Source: Diplonema japonicum
Taxonomy: Eukaryota; Protista; Euglenozoa: Diplonemea
Reading direction: 5' to 3'
DNA length: 64,000 bases
Assembly (NCBI GenBank): GCA_964019335.1
Contig: OZ025709.1
Location: 1 to 64,000 of the forward strand
Of the stretch, positions 1 to 10,047 are shown piece by piece; the stretch's first letter is position 1, and each line of letters begins with the position of its first letter. A program made the position numbers and the translations under genes. The notes beneath the pieces are model-generated. The model was not told the origin of the DNA. It ran no database searches and saw only the letters and a program-made list of their open reading frames with translations.

Positions 1-2485
1 GTGTACCCTGTCTGCCTCCCCACCTTGGTCAGCATGTCGAAGTTCTCTTCCAGCGCGTCCAAGCGTTTGTTCAGAAAGGCTTGCGTGTACTCTGGCGATC
101 CTATCGGCGCCCAGGAGCATGAAGTTCCTCTCTTTGTGGAAATTCTCTTCTGTCAGGCCATCGAAGCCTGTGTCCTCCACTGTCTGGGGGAGGTCGCCAC
201 TAACCCATATGAGCTCGCACTTCTGGGGTTTCACTTTCAGCCCTATCATTCCGCTCAGCTCACACAAGATGTTGTACGCCTTTCTCACTTCATCCACATT
301 CCCCACAAGGACGCCATCGTCCAGGTAGAACTGGAGGATGTCCAGGTTGCAGTCTTCACTTATCTTGTTCACCAGGGGTTGGATGGCCAGAGAGAACAGC
401 AGCGGTCCCATCGGGTCCCCCTGTTGCACCCCTTCCTGGGACTTAATCACCTTTCCGTTGTAGTATAATTGGGAGGGCACCCTGTAGCACCAATCGGCCC
501 ACGCATACAGCCCCGACGCTTGCTCATAGGCCTGTGAGCACAGCTGCCTCCGACAAACACTGTTGAAGGCGTTGGCGTAGTCGATCTTGAGGATCACCTT
601 GTTTTCCTGCTTGTTGCCCCGTTCCCTGTCCACATACTGCCTGATGGTGTGTATAGCCGCCTCCATTCCAGCAGGGACCGATACCCCCACCTGGCCGCCT
701 TTCTTCAGGTACGAAGAGGCCACTTCCGGAGCGATCTTCTTCACAAGGGATTTCCCCACCAGCCGACGCAGCACATCCCCAACGGCTATGGGCCGCACGT
801 CCCTGTCGTTCTTCTTGAGGGCCACAAGGTTCGCCCCTGCCATCAGCGGAGCCACCTCCCTAGGGGCCGTGCCTCTAGCTAATGCGTTGACTGCCCTCGT
901 CACCGACATCAAACAGCCTTGAGACTCAAAAGCTCCGTCCACCGCGTCCTTGATGTGCTGGGCTCTCAGACCAGTCGGTCCCGCAGCAATCCCCCTCGGG
1001 AAGTCCCTGATTGCGTCCAGCACTTCTTCTGGCAAGACTTCTACCGCTTCCTTCGTCTTCGCCGGGTTGTCCCATTGGGGGTGTAGTGGCTCTGGATGTT
1101 TGCTCTGCAGCGCTCTCCAGCAATCCTCATTGTCTTCCGCCAGCCCCTGGGCTACAAGCGCCGCGTTTCCTGCCGAGAACCTCCCTTTGCTGCACAGTTC
1201 CGTGGCCCTGGCGACCTTAGAGACCTCGTCGTTCTTAGGTTCCCCCTTCTCACCTGATTCCAGCTTATTCCAGAGGGCCATGTAATTTCCCTTCTCCCAC
1301 TCCTCCAATCTGGCCTGGACACTCAGCTCCGTCTCCTTGTCCCGCTTCTTCCCTCCCCTCTTCTTCCACAGGCAGGCTTTGGGGAGCATCGCCACCAGCA
1401 GCCAAGCCTCCTCTGTGTTGTCCTTCACCGCTCGGCCCAGAGTGTGCTTAAGGGTAAGCCCCCACAGTCTTTGAAGGCTCGTCGGGATCGACCCCATGGT
1501 CGTGACGTTCATGGCGGCTATGGTTTCCAGGCTGGGTAACTCGGTCCTCGTCGGGGCCGGCGGGGGGGTCGTGTATTCCCCTTCCCTTCGCACCGCCTTT
1601 TTGCACTCGTCGTGGCACCCCTGACCCTTCCACACACAGCCCCTGCACACCAGGCACCTCTCGAGGTCCAGTCTCCTCAGAACGCTCTCCGGGATCTCAT
1701 CACTCTCCAGGTGCCCATCCAGGTGACACTTCCATACCCTTGTCGAGTTGAACGGGGTCGTGCTTTTGCACTTCGACCTAGCGCAGTTCGCCACCGGACA
1801 GTACAGGAATTGCTGGTTCCTTGCCCCCATCTGGTCCAACACCCCTGCCTTCCCGTATCCAGGGATCGCACGGTCTATTATGTCCCACTCCCCGATGTCC
1901 TCACCCGGGGCCTCGGAGGGTTGCTTACCTGCCTTTTGTAGAGCTACCGATTGGGACTCATCAAGGAGCATCATCATCGACTCCTCCTCTCCGACTGCAT
2001 ACTCGTAGTGGTTGCCGTTGTACGCCAGCACCACCACCTTCTCGTGGTCGGAGTTGTACTCCCCTATCATCAGGACTGGGTTGTTCCCCCCAGCAACCAC
2101 GAGTATCGTGCGGCCAAACGCTTGTGCTGCGGCTGCCAGGCACAAGTGGTCTCCCCACGTCGCTGCTGTGCCCATCCCTTCCAAGTACCGGTCCCAACCC
2201 TCACTGCAAAACGGGGCATAGTGCTCCTCCCGGTGTTTCATCCATTCTACAACCTCGCTCCTGATGTGGGTGTGGTCGCCGTAGGCTTCCCCGAGCGAAC
2301 CGGCCAGGGCGTGGAACATGCAGTTCCCGTCCTTCTCCGTCGATCTCCTCGTCAGCTTGAAGCTCTTCATGATCTCGTCCACTGACTTGCCGGCCCTGGG
2401 TTGTTTGTCGGGGTTCCACAGATTCCGCTGCCTGTGTAGTGCACAGTGCGTCTGGTTCGACGAGCACGCCGCAGCACACGTTCCA

Positions 2486-2489
<4 letters not shown>
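1..2489 (-). pseudogene. CRE polyprotein, C-terminal part: OTU cysteine protease, C2H2 and CCHC-type zinc fingers, reverse transcriptase; interrupted copy
   Basis: Manual translation (codons start at positions divisible by 3): DGNCMFHAL (~2320-2331), WGDHLCL, YNGNHYEY (His 2008-2010), CPVANC..HLDGH, CLVC..H..C, QGDP (~412-423), YLDD (316-327). Apparent frameshift near 105-110 (LLGA/IGSPEY). Absent from the ORF track because no stop lies inside the window. Confidence 0.9.
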
Positions 2490-2540
<51 letters not shown>

Positions 2541-3614
2541 GGGACTTGAGAAAATAAATAAAAAGGGGGACTTGAGAAAATAAATAAAAAGGGGGACTTG
2601 AGAAAATAAATAAAAAGGGGGACTTGAGAATGTTTTTTTTTTTTTTTTTTTTCTTCAAAAGACACACAAGGCACGATAAATCTTAAGAGAAAATAAAAAT
2701 ATTCCAAAACAGACAATCAAGTTCCAACCTGGGAGGAAGGCATGGGTTTCTCTTTTTCTTTATGGGAGGGAGAGGGGAAGAAGAAGAAGCAACTCCAAAT
2801 GATAAAAATTCAAAAATAAAAATCTCAAAAAAGGCTTAAAAGAAGAAGAGGCAAATTCAAAAACATACTAGGGAGGAATGAGTGGGGCAGGGGGTAAAAT
2901 TTAGGAGGGGGAAAGAGGGAGAATCAAAAAAGGGGAAAGGGGCAGAGTGACCAATGTCCATGCGAAAAAGCATAGAGCGGGGGAAGAAGAAAATCAAAAA
3001 CAGGAAAAACACATCACCACAAAAGAAAAAAGAAAAAAAAAAAAAAAACGTCGACCGAGATGGTTCCACTTCAAAAAGAAAAAGAAAAAGAAAAACAGAA
3101 AAATAAAAAAAAAAAAAAAAAAAAAGGAAAAACAAAAAGAAAAAAAAAAAAAAAGGAAAAAAAAAAAAAATCTAAGTGGTTCTATCTAGCCTGGCCGTTG
3201 TAGCACCTGTTCCTATTCTTTTATTTTTCCCTTTTTTTTTTCTCAGAAAAAAAAAAAAAAAGTTTCACATCTTCCTATGGCGGGGGGGGGGGAGAACAGC
3301 CCCCCACACCCCCGCTGGCCTATCTGGCCAGCGAGCCTTTGGACCTCTTCTTGTGGGGTATGGGCCCCACCCGTGCCCTCCCCGACTCGAGCTGCAGCCA
3401 AGCCACCGCACTGTTCACCGGGGCCCAGTTCTCCTTGTTGCGCACCTTGACCGTGTCCCGCACCAGGTCGTCGCTCCCCAGCTCTTCCATCAACCTGTGC
3501 TCCGCCAAGAACTTGAACTGGGGCCCGGTCATCCCCTTGAGCTCACCCCTGCATATGTTGGCTTCGACCACGGTGCCATCCGCCCCCGTACCCTTCAGAT
3601 AGATGTAGCCACCA
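2490..3614 (-). mobile_element. 5'-truncated, poly(A)-tailed retrocopy of the ORF-A 3' end and 3' UTR, inserted into the CRE polyprotein gene
   Basis: 2612-3613 is near-identical to 6656-7652. A 44-nt T run at 2490-2533 is the poly(A) on the minus strand. ACAGA direct repeat at 2485-2489 and 3615-3619. Removing the insert restores in-frame KVNLC-GTCAAAC. Confidence 0.88.
2534..2630. repeat. 26-bp tandem repeat (AAAAAGGGGGACTTGAGAAAATAAAT), about 4 copies
   Basis: GGGGGACTTGAG starts at 2539, 2565, 2591 and 2617; the source locus has a single copy (6661). Confidence 0.95.
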
Positions 3615-4742
3615 ACAGAGGTTCACCTTCATGCTCCTCGCCTGCTCTTGTTTCACAAAATGATGGTGGACCGCATTGAGGTGTTTAACTAGACAGCTTG
3701 CCACACTGGTGCGGAAAGAGCAGTCTTCCATCCGGCATTGATGTTTGTCTGATCCTTCTTTTTCCCCCTCCTTCTGCGCCTCCATGTGCTCATCATCCAA
3801 ATCCATGGGGGGAGGGTCACCACCTCCTTGCAACGCGTCCCCTGCCAGCGTCAAGTCCGCAAAGGGGTCCAGGTGTTCGGCCTGAAAGAGCTTATCCTCC
3901 GTCTCAGCTCGTTCCTTCGCCGCTTGCTTGGCGTCCTCCTTCTTTTTTCTGCGTCTTGAGCTTCTAGGCGGGCCCAAGTACACCGGCCGGTAGTGACCTC
4001 TCGATCCGCGTCTTGTCTTCTTCAGCTTTACCGGTCCGAATCTCTGGGTCGGGCCAGCACCAGCTTTCCCCACCATCACTTCCACCATGGCCCAGAGCGA
4101 CATCAGCCCCCCTATCCAAACTGAAGTGCTTCCCACCAGAGTGCCCCCTACCGCTAGCCAAGCGAGCTCCCCGGCGGACCATTCATCCCCTCGGGGCCCC
4201 ACCTGTACCCTTGACCTGCGGGTGGTCCTCCTGTCGCCCCCCGGCCTCTTCCACAACACTGCCGAATGCAGGAAGGAGGGGGCCATCCCGATGCCCGCCC
4301 CCAGCACCTGCCTCACCCCTGGGATCAGCAAGAGGGAGAACAGGGCGACCCAGGCCCACGCCCCCAGGTGCTCCCATCTCACCCCTTCCTTGCTGTGTCC
4401 CGTCCGTCTGCGGTGCCTCCTTGTGCCGGTTGCAGCCCCAGGTGCCGGGATTCTGGGTGCCAGGGGTTGGGCTCCAGGCGTTCCCACCTCGGTCCGCTTC
4501 AGCCCCATTGCAGGGTCATCTGGCTTCTGTTCCAGGGCGGCCTCGTGTTCCTCTCTGCGGGCCCTCCTCCTCCCTTCTTTCCTCGCACGACGGTGCCTTT
4601 TCTTCTCCTGTCTGGCAGCCTCCCTCGCCCCCTCCCTCGCCTTGGTCCTCTTCTCCCGACGCCTCTGAAGGGCCGCTTCGCTCCTGTGCCTCCTCCTGTT
4701 CTTCTTCCGCTTGGGCGCTGGCTTAGGTTCCCTGCCACCCAT
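3615..4742 (-). pseudogene. CRE polyprotein, N-terminal part: basic region, two hydrophobic segments, C2H2 zinc finger
   Basis: ORF 3543..4931; first ATG at 4742; CRMEDC..HLNAVH finger; joins 2484 in frame once the insert is removed. Confidence 0.8.
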
Positions 4743-4963
4743 GGCAATCCAGGGGGCTCTTTTCTGTCTTCTCACAAGGGTGTGCAGTGGTGCTCTCACG
4801 TCGCTCGCAGCCTCCGCCCCAACCACACCTTGGCGGGCGGTGGGGGTGGGTGCTGGGTCCCCCTGGTTGTTTGAAAAGAAAAAAGGTTCCTCCTTGTTTG
4901 TTTTTTTTTTTTCTTTCCCTTCCACCCTCAAAAAAAGCCCCGGCCCTTGGGGACCAGGGTGTA

Positions 4964-5430
4964 CACCTCCGTAGAGGGTCCAGAAAAAATGGGGGGCAGA
5001 GAGGGAGGGGCACTACCTTCTCTCGGGCGTGCTGTCTCTCCCTCTGCCTTTTTTTCCTCCGAAGAGGGTCTGTTTTTCACCTCCGTGGAGGGTCCCTCTG
5101 GAGAGGGCTCTATAAAAGAAAAAGGGGGGGACGAATGGGGGGGAGGAACACTACCCTCTCTCGGGAGTGCCACCTCTTCCCCTCTCTCTCTGTTTTCCTC
5201 CGAAGAGGGTCTGTTTTTTACCTCCGTGGAGGGTTCCTCTGGAGAGGGCTCTAAAAATGAAAAAGGGGGGGACAAATGGGGGGGGGGGAGCACCACCCTC
5301 TCTCGGGAGTGCCACCTCTTCCCCTTTCTCTCTATTTTCCTCCGAAGAGGGTCTGTTTTCCTCCGAAGAGGGTTCTAAAAAAAAAAGGGGGGCGGGTGGG
5401 GCACTATCCTCTCTTGGGAGTGCCACCCCC
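4964..5430. repeat. ~140-bp diverged tandem repeat, about 3.3 copies, upstream of the CRE polyprotein ORF
   Basis: Motif CTACCCTCTCTCGGGAGTGCCACC recurs near 5013, 5151, 5294 and 5404; CCTCCGTGGAGGGT near 4967, 5080 and 5221. Confidence 0.85.
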
Positions 5431-6431
5431 CCTTGCCCACAAAAAAGGGGATCTAAAAAAGGGGGTTCGTCTGTTAACCCAGGGGATGGGTCTTCCTGGG
5501 GTGTGCGGGTGAGCTTGGGGCCTACCGCACGCAGGGTGATCGACACCCTGACACCAGTGGACATCCCGGACGGGATGTGGTGCGTCCACTGGTGTCTCGC
5601 TTCACCTTCCAACAATGCCCATGAGAAGGGGGGCACCAGGTATTTCGCCACCCTGTCCCCCCTCCTCATGACCATTGTGGTCTCGGCTCCGTACGAGAGG
5701 ACTAGGACAATCGGTCCCAGCCTCGCGTCGTCCTTGTGGGCGGCAATCCCACAACCAGACTTGTACTTGTTGACAAGTACCTGGTTGGGGACCACCTCGA
5801 GCCCTGCGGCGGCGGCCACCTCCCTCACCCACCCCTCCGCCCCCCCTGGGATCCCCGTGGTGGGGCGCACCTTGGCGTTCGTCCCCTCCCACCGGTACCC
5901 GTATTGGAGGGTCTCCCTCCCTGAGTTCCCAGACAGGGCCTCCCACTTTCCTGAAAGCAGGGCTTTCGGGAAGGCAGGGGCCGGGCCCGTCCTCAACCCG
6001 GGAGGGTGTTCACCATACACCAGTACCCACCCCTTTTTTTCTCCCTCTTTTCTTCCCTCTTCAACAATAGCAGGGTCGGCTGCAGGGGTCGTGGTCGCGG
6101 CGGTCGTGGCTGCGGCAGGGGCGGCTGCGGCGGTCTCAGTTGCGGCGATCAGGGCGGCAGGGTCGGCTGCGGCGTTCAGGGCGGCTGGGGCGGCCGTGGC
6201 TGTAGCAGCGGCGGTCAAAACCGCGGTCTCTGCTAGTGATTTTTTTATTTTATTTTTTTTTTCTAAAGGGGGGTGGGGGGATCTAGGGGGTGGGGGTGGG
6301 GATTCATACTGCCCAACCAGATAGTCTGGTTGGGTCGGCCCTGGCGTCGTGTGCAGCCTGGCGGCCTGTCGGGGTTCCTTCTCCCTGCGGTTTGCGCGGT
6401 CACCTCCTCTTGCGTTCCGTCTTGGATCCAT
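5151..6431 (-). CDS. AlkB-family 2OG-Fe(II) dioxygenase with Ala/Thr-rich N-terminus, inside the retroelement
   Basis: QYGYRW..NQVLVNKYKSGCGIAAHKD..LSYG..WTHHI..RVSITLR contains the NxY, HxD..H and RxxxxxR signature. Confidence 0.9.
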   Translation of the reverse strand: MDPRRNARGGDRANRREKEPRQAARLHTTPGPTQPDYLVGQYESPPPPPRSPHPPLEKKNKIKKSLAETAVLTAAATATAAPAALNAAADPAALIAATETAAAAPAAATTAATTTPAADPAIVEEGRKEGEKKGWVLVYGEHPPGLRTGPAPAFPKALLSGKWEALSGNSGRETLQYGYRWEGTNAKVRPTTGIPGGAEGWVREVAAAAGLEVVPNQVLVNKYKSGCGIAAHKDDARLGPIVLVLSYGAETTMVMRRGDRVAKYLVPPFSWALLEGEARHQWTHHIPSGMSTGVRVSITLRAVGPKLTRTPQEDPSPGLTDEPPFLDPLFCGQGGVALPREDSAPPAPLFFLEPSSEENRPSSEENREKGEEVALPREGGAPPPPFVPPFFIFRALSRGTLHGGKKQTLFGGKQRERGRGGTPERG

Positions 6432-6511
6432 TTTTTATTTTTTTTTATTTTTTTTTAAAGTGTGTGTTGGGGGAGGGGATCCTTTCGGTAAGCGGCGGGC
6501 AGGCCGACAGG

Positions 6512-6550
6512 CAATAAAGTACAGAAACTGTAGCTTTAGAATCGTTGGTT
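6512..6550 (-). ncRNA. Spliced-leader (mini-exon) exon, 39 nt, without an SL intron
   Basis: Minus strand reads AACCAACGATTCTAAAGCTACAGTTTCTGTACTTTATTG, with the conserved euglenozoan 3' half CAGTTTCTGTACT.TATTG and a diplonemid-type AACCAACG start. It is followed by CCTGTC rather than a GT donor. Confidence 0.93.
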
Positions 6551-6655
6551 TTGCGGGTTTGCGGGTTTGCGGAAGAAAGTTGGGGGGGTGGGAGGGCTAT
6601 CGAAACTTGAGAGGAAGAGATGGAGGAGGGAAAAAGAATTAATTAATTTCTTTTT

Positions 6656-7652
6656 AAAAAGGGGGACTTGAGAATGTTTTTTTTTTTTTTTTTTTTCCTT
6701 CAAAAGACACACAAGGCACGATAAATCTTAAGAGAAAATAAAAATATTCCAAAACAGACAATCAAGTTCCAACCTGGGAGGAAGGCATGGGTTTCTCTTT
6801 TTCTTTATGGGAGGGAGAGGGGAAGAAGAAGAAGCAACTCCAAATGATAAAAATTCAAAAATAAAAATCTCAAAAAAGGCTTAAAAGAGGAAGAGGCAAA
6901 TTCAAAAACATACTAGGGAGGAATGAGTGGGGCAGGGGGTAAAATTTAGGAGGGGGAAAGAGGGAGAATCAAAAAAGGGGAAAGGGGCAGAGTGACCAAT
7001 GTCCATGCGAAAAAGCATAGAGCGGGGGAAGAAGAAAATCAAAAACAGGAAAAACACATCACCACAAAAGAAAAAAGAAAAAAAAACGAAACGTCGACCG
7101 AGATGGTTCCACTTCAAAAAGAAAAAGAAAAACAGAAAAATAAAAAAAAAAAAAAAAAAAAAGAAAAACAAAAAGAAAAAAAAAAAGGAAAAAAAAAAAA
7201 AAAAATCTAAGTGGTTCTATCTAGCCTGGCCGTTGTAGCACCTGTTCCCTATTCTTTTATTTTTCCCTTTTTTTTTCTCAGAAAAAAAAAAAAAATTCAC
7301 ATCTTCCTATGGCGGGGGGGGGGGGGGGGGGGGACCAGCCCCCCACACCCCCGCTGGCCTATCTGGCCAGCGAGCCTTTGGACCTCTTCTTGTGGGGTAT
7401 GGGCCCCACCCGTGCCCTCCCCGACTCGAGCTGCAGCCAAGCCACCGCACTGTTCACCGGGGCCCAGTTCTCCCTGTTGCGCACCTTGACCGTGTCCCGC
7501 ACCAGGTCGTCGCTCCCCAGCTCTTCCATCAACCTGTGCTCCGCCAAGAACTTGAACTGGGGCCCGGTCATCCCCTTGAGCTCACCCCTGCATATGTTGG
7601 CTTCGACCACGGTGCCATCCGCCCCCGTACCCTTCAGATAGATGTAGCCACC
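6656..7652. repeat. Source copy of the ~1-kb segment duplicated at 2612-3613
   Basis: Direct alignment by eye; a few substitutions and homopolymer-length differences. Confidence 0.95.
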
Positions 7653-9410
7653 CTCCACACAATCCGAGTCAGTACTGGCCGATCGGGCCCGGGCCCGCTT
7701 CTTGTCCTTCTTGCTCCACTTCAGCTCTTCCAGGGTGGGGAGGTCCGTGGCAACCACCTCAGGCCGCCTCTCCCTGTCTTCCTCCTTCTTCCGGGCCAAC
7801 AGCCCAAGGTACCTCTCAAAGGAGACGTCCTCGAACAACCCCGGGACCGTCACCACCGCTGACTGCAGGTCGACCTCTTCAACACCCATCTTCCGCAGAT
7901 GGTCCTGGACAGTGCGCCTCGTCTCCTTCTCGCAGGGCCCCCTCCCCTCGTAGACGTCGAGGGTGACCTTCCTTCCATCCCTCACCCACGCCTTCACTTT
8001 GATCAGGTCCTTGACCTTTCCCACTGGGGCCCTTATCCTTGCGTCGCACCTCTCCAAGAACTCACGTAGTGTCACCTTGGTAGCGCCGGCTCCCGCCGCA
8101 ATGCCCACTACCCCTTCCTTCCCCGGTGTCGGGTGGTGTCTGCACCCCCGGGTCTGCAACTTGACCACCCTCCATGCCGTTTCCAGAGTCCCCTTGAGCA
8201 CGCCACCCTTGAAACGAACAGGTTGCACCGCCGAACACCCACACGCGTACGTGATCTGGAAATCCTGGACCTCGGGAACTCGAACTCGCGGTATGTTTCC
8301 GACTTCTGCACCTCACAACCCACAATGCGGCTGCGGCGCTCTCCGTCCGACCCACCTTCCAAGCTTGCGAAGTACTGCTTTACCATCATGTATCCAAGTC
8401 CAGCGATACCAATCTGGCCAGCCATAGCCACCTCCAGTGGAACACCCAGCGACTCGGCCTTCGCAAGAAGCATCTCCTCAGTCCTCTCCCTTCCAGGGTC
8501 CGTTCCTTCTTCAAGGATGATCTCCACCCGGCCCTCGAACTGGATGATGAACTTGAGCAGTCGGTCCCCCGGCCTCGCCCTCAGTGGCACCATCGCTCTC
8601 GGAATTGGGATGCCCATCACCACATCAATCGGGTCAAGCTGAACGAAGTCTCCCCCTACTTCCACCCGCTGTTCCCTTTCCGGTGCCCCGACTCCCATCA
8701 GCTGATCTCCCTCCGGCGTCTGGATCCCACCCCTAGGTGTGTCAGGCCCCGACTGGCTGCCTCCGCTCGGTGCGTTCCCACCCTCTTTGGTCCCTTCGGG
8801 GGCGTCATCCGCCTGCGGCTTCAGAGTCCTCCCACCGCCCTGTCTCTTCGCAGCTTGTTCCCTACAGAATTCGCTCACGGTCATCTTCCTCGTAGCAGTT
8901 GTCGCACTCTGGTCCCCCTTGTTCGAGTCCCTCTGGGCCTCCGTATCCCCCTTAGGACACTGGTCCAAGGTCTGGTTCACCGCAGCGTCAGTCGCCCCTT
9001 GTCTCTTCCCATCTTCCTGGGCCTTCGGGTCAAGCTCCCCTCCCTGCCCAGCTCTCTCGCTGGATCCTGTTCCGGCCATCTCCGTGTCTTCTCCTCCCGG
9101 CGAGGCTGCTTCGAGTCCTGCTCCCGCTTTCCCTTGTGTTCCACCCTCCACCGGTTCCGCCTTTCGCTGCTGCTGCATTCGGGCGTCCAGGTCCTTCTTC
9201 GTCTGCTCCAGAAGGGCATCCAGCTGGTGGGCCACCGTGATTGGGGGTCCGCCTCCCTGTCCCTTCACTTCCCTCTCGGACGACTCCTCAGCTTCGGTGG
9301 TTTTTTCATTGCCGAAGGAGTCCTCTGTGAGGTCAGTGTTGGATCCAGTGTTGGGTTCGTTGTTCGCTTCCTCGTTGTCCTTTTTTTCCTTTTTCCCCCA
9401 CGAAGGTGAG
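7359..9410 (-). pseudogene. ORF-A: unknown ~680-aa protein, probably mobile-element-associated, split by one frameshift near 8275
   Basis: ORFs 8108..9463 and 7359..8228 join plausibly as REFEF/PEVQDFQITY at a short C run. GC-rich and intronless; no recognisable domain. Confidence 0.55.
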
Positions 9411-9483
9411 GGCATGTCTGGGCAACAGCCGTCCCGACGACGGACCCGAGCAGCAGGACGCATGCAGCAATCGCGCGTGACAT
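9410..9483 (-). pseudogene. Truncated 5' end of a host secreted-protein gene (signal peptide only)
   Basis: TTTTTTTAG-AAA-ATG context, then MSRAIAACVLLLGSVVGTAVAQTCP, after which the frame runs into out-of-frame ORF-A sequence. Confidence 0.55.
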
Positions 9484-10047
9484 TTTCTAAAAAAAATAAA
9501 TAAACCTGTGTGGAATATCAGACAAAAGAAAGTTCAGATAAAAAAAAGAGTCAGATAAAAAAAAAGAGTATCAGTGTGGATGGACTTTGTGTAGGACCTT
9601 TGGAAATAATATTTTGGAGGTACCTTTATAAAATAGTGAAGCCTGCGATACGAAGAAGAAATAAAGAGATGAGATAAAGGAGGTTCTTGTTTCAAAAAAA
9701 AAAAAAAAAAAACAAGAAAAAATATGATGGGAAGAGAAATATGTTGGCTGCGACCCACCAAAGAAAAAAGAATTCGCTTTAAAAAAAAAGAGAGAGGAAG
9801 AGGTTTGAAAGGAAGTCAAAGGTCCAAAGGTTCTTTCGGCTTTTTTCTTTTTGAAAAGAGTGGTGTTCAGGGAAGGGACAAGTGTCATCACCATACACAC
9901 CCTGCTCTTCCTAGCCGCTTTGGTCAGAAACATTTACCACAAATGGGACACAAAGATAATTCAATAATAAAAAGGTAGTAATTCAAAAAAAATCTTTTAA
10001 ATAAGAATCCCTTTATCTCACATAGTATATTTATTTGTGAGTGTAGC

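Larger units (their letters stand above)
1..6511 (-). mobile_element. CRE/SLACS/CZAR-clade non-LTR retrotransposon, 5' part; 3' end lies beyond the window start
   Basis: Begins immediately after a complete SL exon. Encodes an RT with CRE-type motifs RPIAVGDVLRRLVGK, IDYANAFNSV, GVQQGDPMGPLLFSL and FYLDDG, preceded by zinc fingers. SL targeting by this clade is established in trypanosomatids. Confidence 0.88.

Noticed and set aside
2534-2630. CRISPR-like array
   Set aside because: Units are identical with no unique spacers, the context is eukaryotic, and no cas genes are present.
5151-6431. Dioxygenase as a TET/JBP thymidine hydroxylase (base J pathway)
   Set aside because: The NxY and RVSITLR motifs match the AlkB family, not TET/JBP.
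100-8280. Frameshifts near 107 and 8275 as programmed recoding
   Set aside because: Both lie in short G/C runs with no slippery heptamer; sequencing error or decay is more likely.
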